Source: Raillietiella orientalis
Taxonomy: Eukaryota
Assembly: GCA_036172245.1 (NCBI GenBank)
Contig: JAYWIR010000004.1
Coordinates: 5,022,001 to 5,086,000, forward strand
Reading direction: 5' to 3'
DNA: 64,000 nt
Shown: positions 52,986 to 64,000 of the stretch, one piece after another
Layout of the letters: every line of letters starts with the position of its first letter
How positions within the stretch are numbered: position 1 is the first letter of the stretch
Made by a program: the position numbers and the translations under genes
The notes under the pieces: generated by a model
Database searches by the model: none
Told to the model about the DNA's origin: nothing
Seen by the model: only the letters and a program-made list of their open reading frames with translations

Positions 52986-55900
52986 ATGGTTTTTGAAAGC
53001 ATACTTGCAGAATTCCTGAACAGATTTTTGGGAGATTATGTGGAAAATTTAGATAAATCTCAGTTGCGAGTTGGAATCTGGGGAGGTAATGTGTTTTTTT
53101 TAAAAACCTTTTTCAATTGTTTCGTATACTGAATATGAATTCAAGAAAACATGAAAACTATCATTTTATATTTAATTAGGTGATGTTGTTTTAAAGGACT
53201 TGAAATTGAAGCACAACGCACTTGATCAATTCAATTTACCTGTGAGAACTTCAAGTGGTAAACTGGGTAAGAACACTTTTGTGTGCTAAAGAGCATACTT
53301 ACTTAAATTGCAAGTGCTGCTCAAATAAATGTAAATAAACTGACCGAAAAATATAAATATGAAAACATTAATAAAAGTAACTCATGTAATAACTATCCAC
53401 GAAGTTCATAGTTTTACTAGATCCCGTTTTTGATACATATGGTGCAGTGTTTTGGTACATATGATACAGTGTAGTGTATTTGAGTTCCAGTGATTATGAT
53501 GTATGCAATTTCAAAGCTTTTTTTACTTCTGATTGCATTAGAGTGTCCGTGATTGCTGTGATAAATGATTTGTTTTTACCATTTCTCTTATGACCATGAT
53601 GTTCTGTAGAAAATGTGGTTTTTTCATTTTGCTGATAATGGTTAGTTACTAGTGCATTTCATTATCAGTGATGCTCTAGCACATTTTTGATGAAATTGTT
53701 CTGGATGAATATATGAGAAGTGCAAAGTTCTGCTTCATTTGTTGTGTCTATGAATATGGGTTTGAATTTTTATCCAGAGATAACATACATGGTTGTGTTG
53801 ATGTTGTTGCAATACATTGTTTAGGTAGATCTGCAAACATGAATCCAATTTCTTTATTGAAATAATCCTGTTTGATAAGTACAAAGCATTGGATTAGGTT
53901 ATGAATAAGCAATAGCATGAGGTGAATTAATTTGTCTGAATAATATAAATAAAACAATCAGCAGTAGGAAAAACTAAAACAAAGAATCCCAAAGTATTTA
54001 GATGAAAGAATATCTTTAATTTCATTTTTCTGTGTATTAATTGTTGTTACATCAATGGTTCTGATTTTGTCACTTGCAAACAAATCTACTTATTTTTCTA
54101 AGTGTAAATTTGTGCTGTTCCATGTAATGCTCGAGGCACTAATTATAATTTCCTGGGTCATTGCAGTTTTCCATGTTGTTCATGCCTCATTTTCTTTGGA
54201 TTCTGGGGAACGGCACTGTTTTCGCAAGCAAAAAAAATTAAGCAGTACTGCTGATGAGTGCCATACCACCGGTAGTGAATTCCATCGAGTTCTGTTCATT
54301 AGAAGGAAAATGTTTTAGATGCCAACTTTAGTGTTTTTGCCCTCGTTTGATGTCGATTCTTAGGTTTAGTATGTTTCGTATGCCGACTTTCCGCAGCTGG
54401 TCCGTTTTCATGAATGCACACGCCGATTTAAGCGAACGTTTTCATTTTTGCGAAAAGTTATCATCAGTTAAGAGTAATCTGGAAAAAAAAAAAAAAAAAA
54501 AAAAAGTCCTTTTGACCGTTCAGTCTCGAGTGGCGCATCCAGAGCTGGGTTCTGTTCATTTTGTAACGGTAGAGTTCTCAGGAGCAGTGTATCCAAAGCA
54601 TTTCCATTAATGCCTGTTAATTAATTTGTGCCGGAAGTGTCGGGAATTCAGCACATGCATCATTCTGAGCCTACCATGACTTCAACTGTGGTACACACGA
54701 AAGACCATGCAAAAACCATATTCATTTGCTTGGATTATAAAATGATCATCTGTGATCCAGCGAAGCTGGAGGCCCTTAGCAATCTCGACACATTGCCTTC
54801 TGGAGTGTGTCGATTTCTATTCGGGACGAAACTCTTGGACATGTTCATTTGCATGCAGCTCGAGGAATCAAGAACTTCTATGTCGAATGTAAGCTGCGCA
54901 CAAGTTTGCACTTCGAAACGAAATTCCAAGTTCATTAGCTGCTGGTAGAAATCGTGCGCCTGGCTTGCGAGCTAATGAAACAAATAGGGTAATCAATTCG
55001 AGTGCTCCTGCCTACAACACGGTGCTCATTCGCAACCCAGATCACAGTCCAAGCCACAGTGCTTCACCTATTTCCACCTTCCGGCGCTCTCACTCACCCC
55101 CTGCTCTTAGGGATTGACATCAAGTGCTGTCTGTTGGGTTCTGTGAGATCCAGGTGATCTTCATTTTCAGTTGGAACATATTGGCAGGACTCTTCAAGAC
55201 CGAGTATGGATTGCTTACCTTGAGATCGCATAGAGATGCTGAGGGCTGTATTCGGATCTGCTCGCAAATCGACCTAAATGCAACGTGGTAGGGTGCGGTG
55301 AAACTCGGTTTCCTGTCCGCAGTGCTGTGCATGGTCTTTGGGTGCGAAATTGCGGATGCGCACCCAATGGATGATGCCACAATGCCTCGAAATTAACTGA
55401 ATCAAAATAATGAAATTCCCAGATAAACTGTAATGCATAATGATGCTCCGCTTTTATCGATTCGTTTAATTATGACCTGGTCAGTGTGGGAAGTTTAAAA
55501 CAGCAGTTTTTGGCAATTTACGTGAACAGAGTTCTTGAAATCCAAGTGTTTTCCAACTTTAATTCAAAGAATTAAAGCAAAAATCTTAACGAAACCAATT
55601 CTGGGAGTATTACGTAATCTTCTGAGAAAAAAAAATAATCGTGCTGGCGTCAGACCTGCCCCGGACAGGTTTTATCTGTTTTATAATCATTCTCCAAACA
55701 TTTTAGACCCCATCAAACGGCTGCGAGTTGAGCATCTGTTGCACGTAAACATTTGGTCTGCTTTCAAGCTGTGGTTGTTACCTGGTCGTTTTCTTCAACA
55801 GCTTTCCTTCAAAAAGTCTTTGCTTTAGAGGTTTGTCTTTTGAGACCGCTCCTCTTCATATCCAGTGTGCTGATCTTCATTAGATGGGAAAGTTCCCAGC

Positions 55901-58900
55901 GTGAATGCCTACGGGAAAGTTCATTTTGCTTTCATCCACTAGGTGTGCATTTTCGTACTTGTTTTTCACCTTACGATATGGGAGAACACATGGGATAATT
56001 TTCTGCTTTAAGTTGCCAGCATCACAGTGCATCTGTTTCTGTCGCTGCAGCTTATTGACAGGTGAACGTCCCGACACTGTCTATGATCGTCCCTCACAAC
56101 ATACGCATGCGTTTTCACTGGACATAGCTCGGGTATATTGGACATGTCTTGTCACACATCTGTCATCACGATCTTCACCTCTGATTCATGGGCGCTTACT
56201 TAATGTAAGATTCTTTTTACCTGTGTAATGAAATTTCACTTTTTGGAAATCGCTCCACTCGTGCTTCTTCGCGAGCAGACAATTTAGAGATGTCTATGTA
56301 ATTTTTTGATTGGACATGGTGGTGGAGGAAGTATCTGGAAATGCGCTCGTTTGGGAGCATGCACAGGTTCCATGGAGTTTTTTTTATTCCATGCAGTTTG
56401 AAAGCTAAATCTCCATCACTGCAACTTAAATAAGTGGCACGTCTTTGAGATCGTTGGCGCCGCATAGTGCCCCTAGCTGCTTCCTTCGTAGTTCGTAGTC
56501 ACCACGGCCATTGCTGCGTGCAATGAACCACGGACTGCTTCATTCTATAATTTTAATGTATCTGCAACTTTAATCAAATGAAAGAAACATTATAGATCCT
56601 TTCTGCATGTAACTTTGAATTTCGTGAGCATGTGTGTGCGCTTCTGGATACGCTCTGAATAGGTGTTTCGGTGTATCCTCGATTATTCACGCTTCTGATG
56701 CAATCCTGCGTAGGTAGTCAGAGAGGCCATCAGCAGGCAAAAGACGATGAAGAAAAAAGAAAAGAAAATGCAAAATGACGGGATGACCCGGAATACCATC
56801 CGGAATTGTGCGACACATTTGACATTAAGTTGGTCTGAAGTCTCCCTTCTGGCACCGTCTTGTGTGCTTGCGTTCTCAACGCCTCTTCCCCGTCGTTATG
56901 CAGCCGGAGGACACGTTCCCCACGAAAGAACGCTCATAGTAATCGCATCATCTTTGTGTCCAGTCGAGCCGTGTTTCATTGACTTTGTCTTTTTCATCAC
57001 TGCGTATTTTGCAAGCGTCTTCCGTGTTATTGCTCTTTTTTGTTTTTTTTTTGAAATGGCGATTTTGACGGAGCTGTATCGATCCATTGCATAACGTCTT
57101 TTGAATTTGTAGTTCTGAAGACTGCTTGGCATACTTTTTGTACTGTTAGAAGATTATGCTATTTTGTACAGGCTGGTTTGTATAAGGACGGTTGCAGTGT
57201 TTGCGAACGAACGTTGAAAGTGACGTGTGGGTTGCGAATGCTGTATTTGGCTGCATCGTACCTGCGGCGTTATCGGAATGTGAACTCTGGGTTGTGTCAC
57301 GACGTTTGCAAAGTTGCTCATGACACCGGAATCCGAGCCTTTGAAAGTTTTGTTTATTTTTATCCATTCGTGCTAAAGATGAGAAATGGACATGTCTGAA
57401 AGTCAAGGAGAAAACATGCACCCTTGTGCCCGTAGTGAAAAAAGGAAAGAAGAGGTCGCTTCCTCTTATTTTCAAAGGCTGAGGATTGTCACCTTTGGGG
57501 ATGGAATTTAAATGAATGACGAACGATTCACTGGGATCAGCAGAAGCCGTGGTTTCTTAAATCGGCATCCAGTTTTTTGACGCTCTTCCCAATTTTCTCT
57601 TGGCAGTGAATTCCAGTCTTAAACTTTCCCATTGGGATCGTCAGCGTATCAGGACCTTAATCTTCGCGTTGTGTGAAAAATCTGGACCCTGAAATCCTTG
57701 TGCTTCAGACATACAACGAATCTGCTCGCTGTTCGAGTTTCAAGACGATGTGAGCTGTGACGTGACTGGAGTCTTTCCAAGCATATCTGACGTCAGATGC
57801 TAACATCACCATCCATCCTTTTTTGTAAAAAGAAAGTTTTTTTTTCATTATGCAAATTCTCACGTGGGTTGGCCTGTTGGGTTTTCTCTTGAAACAGACT
57901 TTAATTAGTAGCCTAATTTATAGTTCTGAGTGTTTCTTGCTTTAAACTTCTGTTTTCACTGCGTGAAACGGGCTCTGTTTTTCGGTGATACATTTTTAAG
58001 AAAATTTCATGTGTAGTTGAGCTGCATCAGATTGCTGCAAGTTCGTTTTTTTCATCTCAAATTTTCAATGGTAGAAAAATTATCGTTCAAAGAAAGAACT
58101 GCTTTTTCTATTTTAACTCAAATTCCGAGCTTAATGGTATGAATGGGAAAATAGTTTCCCAGTTTTACGCCAACGAATGCTGATATCAGAGTACGGCTGA
58201 TATCTCAAAGGATTTTTTCTCAACTGCAGTGGTCTCCGACTAGTATACTGTTCCAGAGTCAATGATACAGGGGATGTGTACTTTTACGTCTGCTGGTATG
58301 AATCAAAGTGTAACACGTGTCTGATTGCCTCTAATACACCAACATTCTCCTTCTCCGCTAATTCGAGTGCGAGCACGTTGCAACTCCAAGTGAAGATTTA
58401 TCCCTGTACAGTTGCTTGAAGCGATATTAGTACACAATATACAGTTTCAAAAGACTCGAGAGAGTAGAACGTGAAATTGATTTTAGTTACAACTTAAGAA
58501 AATCCGTAGTTACGAACCTGTGCTCTCCGCTCTCATTCGCTCTTTGAGGCATTGCAGACCTTATGTTAAGAATCTGTTTTTTTCATTTTCTTCGAATTGG
58601 TTTCTGTTCATTGCTTTATTTCTTTCGTTTCGGATAACAAAGGAAATAAAGCAGCAACTCAGAGGAACCATAGTTCCTCCAGTGCCATCGAATGGAAAGA
58701 TGCATCCTTTGTGTTCGTATGTTTGGACCTTGCATATTTTCATACCGTCCAAATTGCTGTGCAAATACATAAAAAACACTTGAAACGCAATAAGAATTTC
58801 CATACATATAAGGATTTTCAATTTTTTAACACAGGAAAAACTTCGTGATTGATTAAAAAGTGATCCTAATGTTAGAAAGTAAAAGGATCACTTTTACCAA

Positions 58901-61900
58901 AAAACTGAAAAGGATTTGGTGAAAGAATCGCAGTCTTTTGCAGCTCGCCTTGGAATTGTAATCGGGGTGAAGATTTGAGTTTCTTGGTCGGATGGATGGG
59001 ATGATGCCTTGCTTGTGTATACTTTTGTGACGATGCTTTCGAACTGGACCAAACCAACCAGTGCTTAAAACACATAGGCGAAGGTTTCGAAATGGAAAAA
59101 ACACGAGCAGAGTATTTGATGAATGTCACAAAAGTGATAGAAGTCAAATAACCTAAAGGCTTTGCAGCTGTTGATTGAGTTTCAGAGCATTCAGTCGCGA
59201 GGTTTCTGGAACGCCCGTTCAAAGGGTTTCATGCTTTTATTCCAGTTCTCTATTATCTTGTAACAGACGCGTTTTCGATGTATATTTTTGCGTTGTAGAT
59301 TAGAGGACCAAATTGTTTTCATGAGGCTTAGTTTGAGATGAAGTTATACGGAGGTTAGCGAACTCGGAGATCGTTAGCCGAGTGAAATTTGACTCGCCGG
59401 GTGACGTTCGCGGTATTCATCAGTGATTATGAAAAGTTATAATAATTTCTGAGTTAATTAATGTTGGATCTTAACGTGCAGAATAGGAAATTATTTTATT
59501 TTACATCTATTTTACAATGCGAATACAAAATATTGTAGCTGATGTATGGCTAGAAGAACGCTTTCTGAATACGAAGGGCTGAAAAATCATGGCAGAACAT
59601 TTTGAAGAAACAGTCATCACGATACGAATGTTAGTAACTGTCGAGGATTAAAAAAAAAAAAAAAAAAAATGTATCCAGAGGACGATTGCGGGTTATCCGT
59701 GAAAACCTCAAGTTCCTTCTGACAGTTTATTAACTTGAAAAATTTTCGTAGCTGATGTATAGCAGAACTTAGATCGCTAACATGGACTTCTATAGAAGCA
59801 TGCCGAAGTGGGCAATGCCCCTCTAAAAGGAAATTTATCCACGATTAGAATAGATGGTAGAGTCTCATTATCCAAGATTCGCTCCTGTCTGCACGTGTCT
59901 GTTGAAGTTTGTTTCTGGTTGCGTCCCATGCAGTGCTTAAGTCTGTAGACCTCTGAAGAAGAAGAAGAAATAGCTCTTTCACCAAGTCACACGAAAGGAA
60001 TTTTATCTGTGGTCTGCTTAGTTGCCTTTCCTGATGTCGCTCATGATTTCTCCGACGAATTTCTTTAGAATTCAAGATGGATTTCTTTCTTAGATGGCTC
60101 AACAGCGTTTGCACCCTTGTTTTTCCAGAAATCTTAAAATTATCTATTAACATGTTCCAAATGTTTTTTTTTTTTTTTTTTAAAGAAAATTTCTTTTTGA
60201 AACGCTGGAGTAGCAACGTATCTGGCGCAGGCCTTTTTCGCATCAAGTGTGTAACGCGAGTTTGTGATGATTAGTGGCTCCGTAGAAGTCCTCGAATGTT
60301 CCTTGAAATGATAGTAACCTTAAAGAGAGAAATATAGTTCATAATTGAATTCTGAACCAACATGTCAATATTATACAGAAAGTAAAATGTCGAATGCTAT
60401 GAAGTAAGAATGTAATGCATCGCTGGGACATTGAAACGATTTTCCCCTTCGAACGGGGTCTGAAAAACTCCTTTCCCTCCTTGTAGTGCTGCTTATGCAG
60501 TAATCGTTGAAAAGCTTCTGACTTTTACGTGCTGTAAACTTTCAAGCACAGTCGTCAGGTAAAGGAGAGAAGACTTACAATGATGTAGGGGCGAAAACAA
60601 AAGAAGAAGAAGGAAAAAAAACGAGAACTTATGTCAGGAGCATTCACCAGAGATCCAAAAAGCCGGTGCACTCGAATCAGAGCTGCTGCAACTATGTCAG
60701 AACTGTGATTGTCAGCCTTGATTCTCCAAGAGGGATGACTTTCATCATCGGAAACTGCAGAAAGAAGTGACCCCTAATGCTGATCTTTGTTGTTGTTTTT
60801 ATTTTCACCATGTGAAACACTTCGCATCTATATTGAAGTTCCCATGCTCCCTGCCCCTTTTTGATGAACAAGTCCATTTGAGACAGGTTCTCATACATTC
60901 TTGTGCAGACTTGAACTTTTGGTATGAACCATGTTTGATTTTGGAGTGCTTTTTGAATTTTTGAGCACCTTCATAATACACTTTAGCAGTCAAACTACCA
61001 AAATCGTTCAGCATGTTGATGCCCGTACTCATATCAGAAGGTTTTGTTTTTCTTCAAAGTGTATCCATCCACGATTCATACTTTCCTGTCGTTCGCTTTT
61101 GTTCTTCGCCATGTAATCATTTTGGCTGGTACGGAGTAGCATCAATCTTCGCAATAAACGAACGAAACATAGGGTTGGGATGCCTGCATCCCGACTTTCG
61201 GAATTTAATCAAAACAGTATCATCGCCATCAAAGTTGCTTGTTTCATTTAAGTAAATCTTTGTTGCTAGAGGGAAGAGGCTTCTTGAGACAAAGACTTGG
61301 AGTTTCGGGTAGCTGCTACTATCATTGCGCTCTTACAGGGAGAGCAGATGCTGGGTTTTTGAAAAGGAGCGACTTCAGTTTTAAGAGACCATCATCCAGA
61401 GACACAAACCGTAAATGTTAGGTTCTGTAGTGAGAAATGAATAATGGAAACGAATTTCGAAATATGAAAGTAGAGATTACATTCATTCATGAGTTCTTCA
61501 GAAAAGAAAGGTATCGGTGGATAGACTTAAATTACCGTATTCGGGAAAGATCAGGTAAAACACAGTATTCTCAAAATCTTTCGTACTTAATATCAAAAGG
61601 CTTGGGGAACTAGGAAAATCCGAATTTGAATCCGAGGCATCATTCCCTTGAAACAGACATCACTGTTACTTAAGGTACTTGGTACGTTTGCAACTACAGG
61701 ATACTACAGGATCGTAATTCTGGCATTGGAAATAGAGATATCTAAAAGACAACAGCAACAACAAGTTCATCCTGACCAGAATGAAGAGATGGCATTTTGT
61801 AGTAAATTTGCCTTGAACATGAAAGGGAAGGTGCAAAAAGAGACAAATGCAGCACTCATAAATCGTTTGAGATAACACCAGTTCGCGAGATGACTTGACT

Positions 61901-64000
61901 TGTTGGGTGAAATGCAAACATTTCCCTTCCGTGATAATATTTCTGTATCGTTATGCCTGATTCATGATGGCCTGTACGGTTTGTGTTCCTCAGCTAGATG
62001 GGAAATGTTCCAGAAGTATGATGCTATATTTCTAAAAACGAAACCATGTTTTGCTTTTAGAAATTTAAGATCATTTACTGTTCTCAGTGAATCAGAGAGA
62101 AAGATCTCTGAAGCATAACGTTTAAAATTGAGATTTGTATCGATAAACTCCTATTCATTGATTTGCTTTATCTTGAAGCTCTAAAAATTTTTTCCAGGCA
62201 AGTTGGTACTGAAGATTCCATGGAAAAGCTTGTATACTAGTCCTGTAGAAATTTCAATTGAAGATTTATATGCCGTATTTGTTCCGATTCATAAAATAGA
62301 ATATGATGAAGAAAAAGAAAAGAAAGATTTAAAAGAAGCAAAAAGAAAACTACTGGAAAAAATCACACTCAGTAAAAAATTTTTAAAAGAAAAAGGTAAT
62401 GTAGAATTTAAAAATCGTGATATTACACAAGCCATCATCCAGGAAAAGACAAAGAAAATCAGACATTTGTTGAGAAGCTCATATTCCAAATAATAAAGAA
62501 TGTTCAGATAAGCATCAGTAACATACATGTTTGCTACGAAACTGCACTAGCAAATCGTGAAGAGAATTTTCGTGTTGGAGTCACCCTTCACGCCCTCAAA
62601 GTGCAAACCACCGATAGCAATTGGTCTTACACCTTTGTACATGATTCTTCGATGTTGATTTATAAGGTATGAGAATAAGTGACCTTGTTTTACTTATTTT
62701 AGAGGAGATAGATTCTAGATTTAGACTGTTTGGCACTATACTGGAAAAAAGGAGATTTTCCATTGAGTGATTCTGAAAATTTATATGCCCATATGCAAAG
62801 AGGTATTGCTAACAAGGAGAACACTCCGTATAAAGATTCCTATAGTATGAATAAAAGGTGTTGGTATTCTGTATTGTGGACTTTTGAATTGTAGTTATCA
62901 ATCCCATTTGTATGGATTTAAAACTTCGGATAAGCCCCTCACCTGAGATTACAGGGTATGGAATACCAAAAATTTATGCGACATTAGCTTTGAAAGAAAT
63001 CACTCTCATATTTCGTAAATACCAGTATGAGGATTTGATTTCTTTAATGGATACTTTCACACTTATGAGTTTTGGAATGCCTTACCGAAAATTTAGGCCT
63101 TCAGTGAAATCATTCCGCCACCATTATCGTGAATGGTAAGCTGTTCATTAACAAGGAATTTATATCTTTCCATAAGGTGGATTTTTGCCTATACATGTGT
63201 GCTCCAAGACATCCAAAGAAGAAGAAGAGAATTCACATGGGATTACATCCAGGAACATAGAAATCGTTGCAAAGCATATAAAGAAATTTACTTCAAAAAA
63301 TTAACAAACCAACGATTAGCTCCAGAAGTCTTGAGTCATTTGGAAATGCTTGAAGATCAACTTGACGCATTCAATATTATGTTAATTCAATCTCAAGCAG
63401 AAATAGAGGTCAGGATTTAGTTATCTGTGGTTTGTAGAAGAAAAAAAATCAACAATAGGCAGAAAAATTTCTTGCAAATACTGATTCCCATGTTACTGAC
63501 TCTAAAGAAGGAGGCTGGTGGTGGGGTTGGTTATCTTGGAAAAGCGAGGATAAATCTGCATCTGGTTCCAAGAGTATGGAAGGTAGCACTGCGTTTTTGA
63601 AACCAACTTCTATCTATTGTTCCAATTAAGATATTCAAAAGAAGTTAAATGAAGCTTTAACTTCTGTGGAAAAGCATAAACTTTATGAAGCCATTGGTTT
63701 CAATCAAGGTGAACCAATTAAAATGCATCCTATTGAGTTTGTGGAAAATGAAATAGAATTTGATCTGGCAACATTCAGCTTTGCATTTTTTATGGATTTT
63801 GAAGAAGTTCTGCGTGTTTCATTGTCAGGAAACACATTACATGCAAAGCAAAGACCATCAGCTGATGCACTTACGTAAGAAAATTTTTTTCAGATCAGTA
63901 GGGATATCTACTTTGTATGGTACAGAGTCATTGCTGGCATCCAGAATTTGGAAATCTTTGGAAGAAAATTGCCTAAACCACTAGTGCATTCTGCTGGTGA
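52986..64000 (+). CDS. VPS13: VPS13A/C-like bridge lipid transfer protein, 5' part (continues beyond window)
   Basis: Exons 52986-53085, 53180-53266, 62198-62395, 62443-62666, 62712-62844, 62895-63135, 63177-63408, 63459-63582, 63631-63874, 63926->64000. Chorein-[42 protein letters not shown]...[13 protein letters not shown]; also [54 protein letters not shown]. The MVFE start is A/C-type. Confidence 0.96.
54628..55395 (+). mobile_element. Decayed RTE (BovB-like) LINE in VPS13 intron 2
   Basis: PEVSGI (PDVQAGF), [14 protein letters not shown] (REFQKNIYFCFIDY.K), CDPAKLEAL (CVDH.KLW..L), VRLACEL (VRQGC.L), EYGL, VFGCEI (YLGS.I). Confidence 0.55.
55535..55830 (+). mobile_element. Possible decayed RTE RT fragment in VPS13 intron 2
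   Basis: [19 protein letters not shown] (QAGFRP), SFKKSL (DFKKAF). Confidence 0.4.
56960..57250 (+). mobile_element. Decayed RTE RT fragment in VPS13 intron 2
   Basis: [22 protein letters not shown]...[10 protein letters not shown] (PLF..F.D..KAY.SV.R.ALW...EMGIP..L.R); [16 protein letters not shown] (LY.D....F.V..GLRQG). Confidence 0.5.
60740..61030 (-). mobile_element. Possible decayed RTE RT core in VPS13 intron 2
   Basis: TAKVYYEG...KIKHGSYQ (TA.V...G....I..GVRQ); ctgcagtttccgatgatg at 60760-60743 is LQFADD with a single-base deletion. Confidence 0.4.
61650..62015 (+). mobile_element. Decayed RTE LINE 3' fragment in VPS13 intron 2
   Basis: LKVLGT (FKYLGS), [22 protein letters not shown] (LCD.K.PLKLKGK.YK), RWEMFQK (RW.GHVQR). 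Confidence 0.45.

Noticed and set aside
59845..60246. Minus-strand ORF with RTE-like words ([19 protein letters not shown])
   Set aside because: Motifs are out of expected order, so not called as a relic

Overview
Animal (ecdysozoan, probably arthropod) genomic DNA with five spliced protein-coding genes, all on the + strand: SAFB/SLTM-like (2286-5953), Smad2/3 (16052-17974), a quasimodo-like ZP-domain protein (28583-39701), proteasome lid subunit PSMD3/Rpn3 (43578-45349) and the 5' part of VPS13A/C (52986 to window end). I assembled the exon chains by hand, and the four complete genes close in frame. Housekeeping genes carry very short introns (39-52 nt), many without a polypyrimidine tract. 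Much of the intergenic DNA and of the two large introns reads, in protein space, as deeply decayed non-LTR retrotransposon fragments (mostly RTE-like, one L2-like) on both strands. A sharply bounded GC-rich domain (~32.0-40.8 kb) covers most of the ZP gene, and the LINE fossils inside it are GC-rich too. A frameshifted POFUT1 fragment lies ~1 kb upstream of Smad2/3. Family assignments come from motifs recognised by eye, not from database searches. I found no CRISPR array, tRNA, rRNA or prokaryotic system.
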